From contig QPMI01000530.1 of assembly GCA_004431415.1 (NCBI GenBank), forward strand, positions 62,001 to 126,000: a stretch of DNA of 64,000 nucleotides, in the 5' to 3' direction. Below are positions 56,801-64,000 of this stretch, piece after piece (within the stretch, counting starts at the first letter, position 1; the number at the start of each line of letters is the position of its first letter). The notes beneath the pieces were generated by a model, which ran no database searches, was not told the DNA's origin, and saw only the letters and a list, made by a program, of their open reading frames with translations. The position numbers and the translations under genes were made by a program. This DNA is from Cyanophora paradoxa CCMP329 (Eukaryota; Plantae; Glaucophyta).

Positions 56801-58315
56801 GTCCAGTACCCCCCTTTCCTCTGCCCTCCTCATTCTTTCCTGTACCCCCCCAGGTCCGCCTGGCGCGGAGCGTGGAGGGCCGCGAGGCGCCCGCGCCCGC
56901 CTCTGTCGACGCTGCCGCGGCCATCTGGGTACCCCGCTCCGCTTTCCTCCCCCGCTCCCCCTCTGATCTATGTACCCCGAAGGTCGAGGACGACGCGACG
57001 GGGCAGAGGGTACAGGGAACCGCGTCGTACGACGCACAGACGCGGGAGCTCGCGTTCCAGGTCCGCGTACCCCTTGGGTCTCAACCCCCCCCACGTCTCA
57101 TCGGGCCCGGGGTACGCAGGCCGGGCGGCCGTACGAGCGGGGCAGGCGGTACCGGGTGATGCTGAACCCCGACGCCGTCCGCGGGCCGTGCGCCACGTAC
57201 CCCGCCCCGCCCCCCTCTCTTTCTTTACCCAGTTTTCCTCCGCCCTATCCCCATCGTTTCTTTCTGCGCCTCTGAACGAGAGCTGACCACGCCCCTCTCC
57301 CTCCCCCCTCTCCCCCCGCCCCCCCCCTCTCCCGCAGGGACGGCGCCCCTTTGCGGGTGGGGCCCCAGGACCAGGGGCGCGCGTTCCTCGTGGGTACAGA
57401 GTTCCCCGCCCTCCTCGACGTCCGCGACGCCGTATCCCCCGACTCCGAGGCGCGCCGTACCCCCCCCCCCCCCCCCCCCCGCCCCTGTCTTACGGTCTCG
57501 GCAGCCGCGGCGGGTCGTGCTGATGCGCTCGGGGCCGGGCGGGCCCCTGGCGGAGCTGTGCAGGAACCTCCTCGCCCAGTTCGGGCCCCTCGCCGCCTCC
57601 GTCGAGTCCATAGGCGTCGTCGTCCGGCGGCGGCGGGCCTCGCACCACAGCCACAGCCACCACCATCACGACCCCCACCACGCCCCTTCGCCGCTCGCGC
57701 TCGCCCCCGTGGCCAACGACGCGGATGTGTGGCGCCTGTGCGACGGCGACGAGCTGCTCGTCGGGTTCGGCTCTGTAGGTCGCCGCCTCGTCCTGTAGCG
57801 CGCCCACAGGCGCCGCCGGGCCCGATCTTACTTAATGGAATGTGTATATAAATTTATAAATGAAAGCAGCTTCGTTTGGATGGCGGCGGGCTTTGCAATT
57901 GCCCCTCTAAATCTCCCGCACGAGCGATGGTTCAATCAGGAATTTCAATTGCAAATTCACAAATCAACGACACGTTATATATATCGAACGGTGAGGTTGC
58001 AATCATGGAAATTGGGCTAGCTGGATGTATTCTCGAGTTTAAAATGTTAAACAGTGCGCGTGCGGGCGCGGAGAAAAAGCGCGATGAAAGACACAGCGGC
58101 GGTGAAGGCCGGGGGGAAGGAGGGCGCGGCGGGCCCCGGCCGCCGGGCCTCGCCCTGCCCTACAGCCAGCTGCAGAAGGATCGACAACATCAGAACTTCG
58201 GAACTCGAACAGACGAGCTCATTTGATGCGGATCGGAATCGATGTCGTACCTGGGGGCGGGAGTCCGTGGGCGGCTGGGCGAGGGCGAGGCCGGCCTGCA
58301 GGGACGCCTGCAGCG
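53815..58315 (+). repeat. Segmental duplication, copy 2
   Basis: Same exon/intron order as 46262-50790 with substitutions and small indels. Confidence 0.92.
53832..57798 (+). CDS. Kinase-less paralog or alternative 3' cassette: end of kinase C-lobe, linker, UBL-UBL-Ig-KHA-like
   Basis: Starts at ccccag|ATCACG ([10 protein letters not shown]). Checked exons keep frame with synonymous changes (GTG>GTT, GCC>GCA, CGA>CGC at ~56345-56365) and end ..GRRLVL*. No copy of the kinase 5' exons lies directly upstream. Could be a pseudogene. Confidence 0.55.
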
Positions 58316-58330
58316 CCCGTCGCGCCTCCG
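58047..58330 (-). CDS. Duplicated terminal exons of the beta-helix gene (tail-anchor-like end); 5' partner unknown
   Basis: ALQASLQAGLALAQPPTDSRPQ|LAVGQGE...PAFTAAVSFIALFLRARTRTV* keeps frame and the tail of copy 1. Confidence 0.45.
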
Positions 58331-59699
58331 CCTCCGAGCCGCGCCCGGCCCGGCGGCCGCCGCCCGTCGCGCCTCAGCCCCGTGCAGCGAGCCGCGCCGC
58401 TGCCCGCCGCGCCTCCGCCCCGCACAGCGAGCCGCGCCGCCGCGCGCCCGCCGCGCTTCCGCCCCGCCCTGCGAGCCGCGCAGCCGCGCCGCCACGCCGT
58501 ATGCACGCGCACCGCTTGCAATTGTCGCCGGGCGCCGTCGGCCCCCGCATGGCATCCGTCATCGACCACCCGTCTGATTGATATTGGGGCCGTCAGTGGC
58601 CCGTCACCATCGATATCGGCGGCATAATCGGACCAGCGGCACCCCGGCGCCCTGCCATGCCATGATGCCGCGGCGCCCGGCGCCGGCGCGACTTCGGGCA
58701 GCCGCGATCGGGGCCTCGGGCCGCGCGCCACGTCGGACATGTACAGGACTCCTTGGTAACGGGAGCTAGGAGCCGCGCTGCGCCGCACGGACGCGTACGA
58801 CGGTCGCGGCGGGTTCATTCAGTGCATGCAGCGGGGCTCCCCGCCGGCCCGGGGCAGACTAGTACTGGGCGGAGTGACGCCGGAGTCTGGGCCTACTACT
58901 GGCATGCGCAGACTGCGCAGTTGAAGGATCGGAGCTACCGCTAGCTAGAGGATCGCCAGAACGCCCCATCATCAGGCCCCCATGGCCAGCAGCTGCACCT
59001 GACGGGCGGGGGTACAAAAGAGAAGAACAACGGGGTACGCGTACGCGTACATATTTGTGAGGTTCAATCAATCGATTAATTCGAGTGCCCCACGTGCACA
59101 GTCCCCCATGGCCATGGCCATTGGCCACTTAAAAGCTGCCCGACGTGCCCGTACGTCGACGTCGACGTTGACGACGTCGATCGCGCACGTTCACTGAAAA
59201 CCGGTATCCCCAATTTGCAGGCTGCTTGCAGCTGCAGGATCCGGGCTGGCCGGCCGGGAACTGATGAGAGCGTCGCGTCCTAGGCCTCGAAGGCTGTCGA
59301 AGCTGAGCGCGGGCGCATGCGCTTCTTGGGGGAACGGGGACGCCGCCGCTTCTTGAACGGAAGCACGCCTAGCGCCTCCGCCACACCCGCGAGGGACCTA
59401 ATTCCCTCGCCTAAATTCGCGAAGCTGAGCGCTAAGGGCGCACGGAGACGAGCACTGCTGACGACTAGATCGACGGGGCGACCAACACATGCAGGCTACA
59501 CAGCCCGCGGCGTAGCCTAGTCGAGCTAGCTAGCTATATAGGCGCCGACCCGCAGGCCGCCCGCGCGCACGCACGCGCGGGTCCGCAAAGCTCGCAGCGC
59601 GAGCCGTAATTGCAAGATTAAGCATAGACCAGCAGCTACAGCGGCGTAGCGACAACAGCCCGCCGCAGCGGCGCTGGGGATCGGAGGCGCTGGGCGGCA

Positions 59700-62600
59700 A
59701 TGGACACCAATTGCAACGCTCTGGACCCCGACCCCCAGCGGGACGCGTCCGCCGCCGCCGCGGACGCGCCCGCGCGCGCCTCCTGCACAGGCACGACGAC
59801 CGGCACCTCGCTGCCAGGTGTGCGGTGCTCTGCGCTCGTCCCACTGCGCTGCGCGCCCGCGCACGCGCACGCGCGGCCGACCGCCGGGGCGGGGCGGGCG
59901 CCGGGGCAGCTTCGGAGCAGGCGCTGGTCTCGGTAGTACAGCTGGGAGAGGGCGTCACCCCAGCGCCCGCGTCCGAATCGCTCGAGAAGCCGCAGCGCGG
60001 CGGCGGCGGCGGCTCGAGCTCTGAGCTCGGCGCCAACCGAGCGCCCGCTCAGGCGCCGACCTCCGCGGAGCGACTGCAGCTGGCCCTCTCGTTCTCCCCG
60101 GGCTCGAACCCGGACGCGGGTTCGAACCCGCACATGGACGGCGCCGCAGGCCCCGGCCCCGGGAGGCACGCGCACGGCCCGCCCCGGCGCCCCGGGCTCC
60201 TACGGGCCGCCAAGCGCCGCGCGCGCGCCGCTGTGGCGCCCCTCCTCTCCATCCGGAGCCTCTTCATCGTCAGCGCCGTCCTACAGGTGGGTCCAAGCTC
60301 AAGAGAACTTAGGAACGCCAGCTTAAGAGAAGAAACGCTAATCATAGGCTTAAGAGAAGATTCGAAGCCTAAATGCTAGGCTTGAAAGAAGATTCGAAGC
60401 GTAAGAGGACATGCTAAACTTGAGAGAACGCGCGCTTTCGAGCACGCCTGCTCGAGAAGATTCGAAGCCTAAATGTTCTTTGCAGGTCCTCGGTGCAGTG
60501 GCCGTTGTCTTCTGGTGAGCTATTCGTACCCCCCGTCCCTTCCACCCCCCATCCCCCTCCTCTCCCAGCCGGCTGACACGCGATGACCCCCTCTCCCAAA
60601 ATAGCATCATGTGGTACCTCGGGCAGGGGTACGGCCCCATTACCCCCCCTTCCCCCCCCCCTCCTCCTCCTCCCCCACTGACCGCCCCGCAGGAACGTGG
60701 ACAGCCTGACCCGCGGCCTCGTCACCGAGCTCCAGAAGCGGGCCGACGGTATCATCCACGTGCGCTCTTAAGAGTTTCTTATAGGATCCGTTCATAAGAT
60801 CCATAAGATCTAATGAGAATGTTCACAAGATACATACATAAGATCTAATTATCGATAAAATTGCGAGGATCTTAGACGAGGAAGCTAGATCTTCGGGTGG
60901 CCTTGGCCTAACACTTTCGGTTGCAGGCGTACCTCACGAACGCGCGACAAGTCTGCGAATACGCGGCGGTCGATTTCTCTTCGGTGCGTAACCACGTCGC
61001 CCCCGCCAGGGCCGCCGGGCCCACCTCCCCCTCTTCTAAATATAGATATCCATTTACGTATCTTCTTCCTTTGTTTCGCCCGTTGATGCGTACCCCAGGG
61101 CCACCTTATCCGCGACAGCTGGCGACGGGTACTCGAAGCATTCGCGGGTACCCTCGATAACGTCAAAGAGGTCGGCGTACCCCCTTTTTCTCAATGACTT
61201 CGATGCATTGACCTCGTTCTCTTACGGACCGGTCGCGGATCGCAGATCGCCCTGTCGGCAGTTTCGTTCGCCGACGGGTGGTACGTCGCGTCCGAGGTTC
61301 GCGCACCCCGCTGTCTGCACCCCCCCCCCCTACTTCGTTCGCTGACGGCCGCGGATTGCGGCGCACAGCGCTGCGGAGCGAGCGAGCCGGGCTGCGGCGA
61401 GGGCAGGCGGGCTGTCTTCGGGAACGGTGCGGTACCCCCCTCGCTTCTCCGCCCCGGTTCGAATCGCTCTCATACGCCCCACAGCGACGCACTTCATGTA
61501 TTACGAGGCGGGGCGGCGAGGGCAGCCCAAGCGGCACCTGGTACCCCCCTCCCTTCACTTCCGGAGCCCGCCCTCGCTCACGCGAACCCCTGCAGTCTAC
61601 AACCGTCCTGACCCCGCTCGCCCGCTCCTGGTGCCCGATTTCCCGTACCCCTCCCCGCCGCGGCGTGATCCCGTACCCCCAGGTTCAACGCCACACTTCG
61701 GAGCCCGACGGCGAGCACGTGGTTCGGGATACGCTACGCCCCAATGCCCGTGCGTACCCTTCCTCCCCCTCTCCCCCTCCCCCCTTCCTCCCCCTCTCCC
61801 CCTCCCCCCCCCTCCTTCCCCCCTTCCCGCCTTCTCTACTCGCGACGCTGCATCGAATGAGGCGATATCCCCAAACCCGCAGGACACCCTTACCACGCCC
61901 GATCCTCTGGACGGCCTCGTCATCAGGTACCGTACTCCCCCCGACGGATCTGCGTAACCCCCTGATTCCCATCCCCCCGTTCCAGCTATTCCAAGGGGTT
62001 CGCGATTCAGGAGGATCTCGAGAACATTGTGGGGCCCTCGGGGGCCCTTCCCGGGACGTTGGGGGGTACCCCCACCTCCGCTCCCGCCACCCCGGACTCC
62101 TTCTTCGCTTCCCCCCAGATATCTGTCCGTGTACCCCTCCCCCGGACCTCCCCTCCATCCCCCAAAATACTGATCCGGCCACCAGTCTCCCCTCGTGGGG
62201 GCTATCGCAGTAAATATGCGCCTTGGGGCCCTGAGCCGACAGCTCCAGGAAGCAATCCAGGTACCCCCTCCCAGTCGATTCAGTCTATTCTTGGATCTTG
62301 CGTACGAGGCCGCCGCGCGCAGGTCCCGGGTACCCTCCTCCTCCTCACCAACGGCCAGGTCCGCCCCCCCCCCGCCCTCCTTCTCTCGTACCCCCTCGCC
62401 GACATCGTACCCCTCTCCCAGGGCCGCGTGGTGGCTACGTCCACGCGCGAACTCTCGCATGTAGTGGACGGGAGGATGGTGCGGCATGAATGACGACCAG
62501 AACTACGAAGCGCGCTCAGATCGGATCTGATCTGACTGATCTGAGCAGAGGGGAGTGGAGGCTTCCACTTCGCCCCACGCCCTCACGCGGGACCTAGTCG

Positions 62601-64000
62601 CTCAGGTGAGGCCACCCCCGGCCCGCGCCCAGCCGCTTGGCTCAAAGCTAGGAGAGATTCAGGAGAAGAACGCCCCTAGCATCCAGTTCCCGTACCCCTC
62701 TCTTCTCTGGGCCGAGGCGTGGGTCGGACAGGTTGCGGGGGAAGCCCCCGGGGGTACGCGGACGTTTTGGTGCGGGGGGGAGGAGTTCTTCGGATCCCGC
62801 ATACCCGTCCGCATGGAGCCCGACCTCGACTGGGTGCGCGGTGTCCTCCGAGGCTCGCAGCTTGGATGGATCTCGCGCACTGCGGCAGCGTCGGGGAGAA
62901 GCGGGGGCCGCGCGGGGCGGCGGGGCCTGGAGCTGGGGGGGGGATGGGGGTGGGGAAGAAGCGGAGGGGCGCGCGCGGATCCTCCTACCGATCTCGCAGC
63001 TGACCGCGCCCGCTCGGCCTCGGCCTCGGCATCGCCTCGCCTCGCCTCGCCTCGCAGATGCTCTACACTGCGGTCTCGCGGGACCGGGTCCTGGAGGACC
63101 TCAGGCGCGCCCGCAACACGGCCTTCGGCGTCACCGCCGCCTGGTCCGCCCTTCCCCTCTCATAGGAAGAACTCTTAATGCTAGAACATCAAGAAAGGAC
63201 GTATCACTTAAGTACTTAAGAAAGAGGACATATCTAGCTGTAAGCGTCTGCGCCGCCTGGTCCGCCCGCCCGCCCCCCTCCGACTGATAGGAATACATAG
63301 AATGCAGAAAAGAGGAAAAGAGCATAGAAAGAGGGTGTCTTTGCCGAGCGCTCTCACCTGAGCTGATCCCCCTACACACAGGCTGGTCGTCTCGATCCTC
63401 TGCGCAGGCTACCTAAGCTGGCTCATCACCCGCGTGCGTGTACCCCTCCGCTTCCCCCCCCCCTTCCCGCAACAGCCCGGGCCCGGGTCTTTCTCGTACC
63501 CCGCGAGCGGCCCGCCCGCCGAATCTAACGAAGGCGCCCTCGAATTCTGACCGGCCCGGCCCGCCCCGCCCGCCCGCCCGCCCCACAGCCGATCGAGAAG
63601 ATCAAGGCCTCGATGTCGATCCTTTTGGAGGTCCGAACCTGTACCCCCCGCCCCCCGCCCCCTTCCTCTTCGACGCCCGCCCGATTCACACACCGTTCGC
63701 GCAGACGATGGTGTGCTTTCCGCTCATCCGCTTTGGCAGCGGTACCCCCCCTCGCCCCCCGGCGTCGAATCCCTTCGTTCGCAGACGAACGTGTACGCGG
63801 AGCTCCGACTGCACGTGGACCCGTCCAGCATGGACACGGGTTTGCGGCGTACCCCCTCCCCCCCGCCCCCCTCCCTGGAGCGGGAGGACCTTTTCCTGAA
63901 GCCCGAATCTGCTTCTCTTCTTCTTCTTCAGACTTTCTCAACCGGAGGCGGAGCCGGAACAAGCCGCGGAGCCGATCGTCCTCCTCCTCGTCCAACCCCC
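59700..64000 (+). CDS. Two-TM membrane sensor with extracellular Cache-like domain and HAMP-like linker; output domain beyond the window
   Basis: MDTNCNALD..|ASEQALV...LSIRSLFIVSAVLQ|VLGAVAVVF..IMWYLGQG (TM1); NVDSLTRGLVTELQKRADGII..AYLTNA (Cache N-helix); LLLTNGQ|GRVVATS; DLDW..LYTAVSRDRVLEDLRRAR; AFGVTAA..LVVSILCAGYLSWLITR|PIEKIKASM (TM2 and HAMP start). Confidence 0.7.
60290..60485. repeat. AG-rich intron with short direct repeats
   Basis: agaagattcgaagc occurs three times and gagaagattcgaagcctaaatg twice. Confidence 0.7.

Noticed and set aside
41540-58875. Helitron-like ends (ccagtactag at ~41551 and its reverse at ~58859) explaining the duplication
   Set aside because: Only a ~10-bp match in CTAG-rich DNA, it does not bracket the duplicated block, and no RepHel, TIR or TSD is seen.
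1-64000. rRNA, tRNA, transposase or reverse transcriptase genes; species assignment
   Set aside because: No such motifs were recognised by eye. Intron style suggests a GC-rich alga or protist, but the taxon cannot be fixed from this window.

Overview
Eukaryotic, GC-rich, intron-dense DNA, probably from a protist or alga. Introns are mostly 50-100 nt with GTGCG/GTAC donors, (C)nGCAG acceptors and several GC-AG introns, so the six-frame ORF track fragments the real genes. The left ~39 kb is one giant minus-strand gene that runs off the left edge. It encodes a signal peptide, 13 divergent Kelch-like beta-propeller modules alternating with Cys-containing FN3-like domains (36 FN3 in total, 19 of them in one ~6-kb exon with recent 915-bp and 609-bp internal duplications), and a C-terminal region with further propeller and jelly-roll-like segments. 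Module junctions carry phase-1 introns. To the right lie a palindrome-saturated intergenic block (39.3-41.8 kb), a C2-domain gene (-), a divergently transcribed TKL-type kinase with a UBL-UBL-Ig(Big_5-like)-KHA-like tail (+), a convergent beta-helix/coiled-coil/tail-anchor gene (-), a ~4.5-kb duplicate of both genes' 3' halves, and the 5' part of a two-TM Cache/HAMP-like sensor gene (+). Three of these genes, plus the duplicate, carry a sense-strand GTAC(C)n signature confined to the gene body. All gene models are manual reconstructions without transcript evidence.
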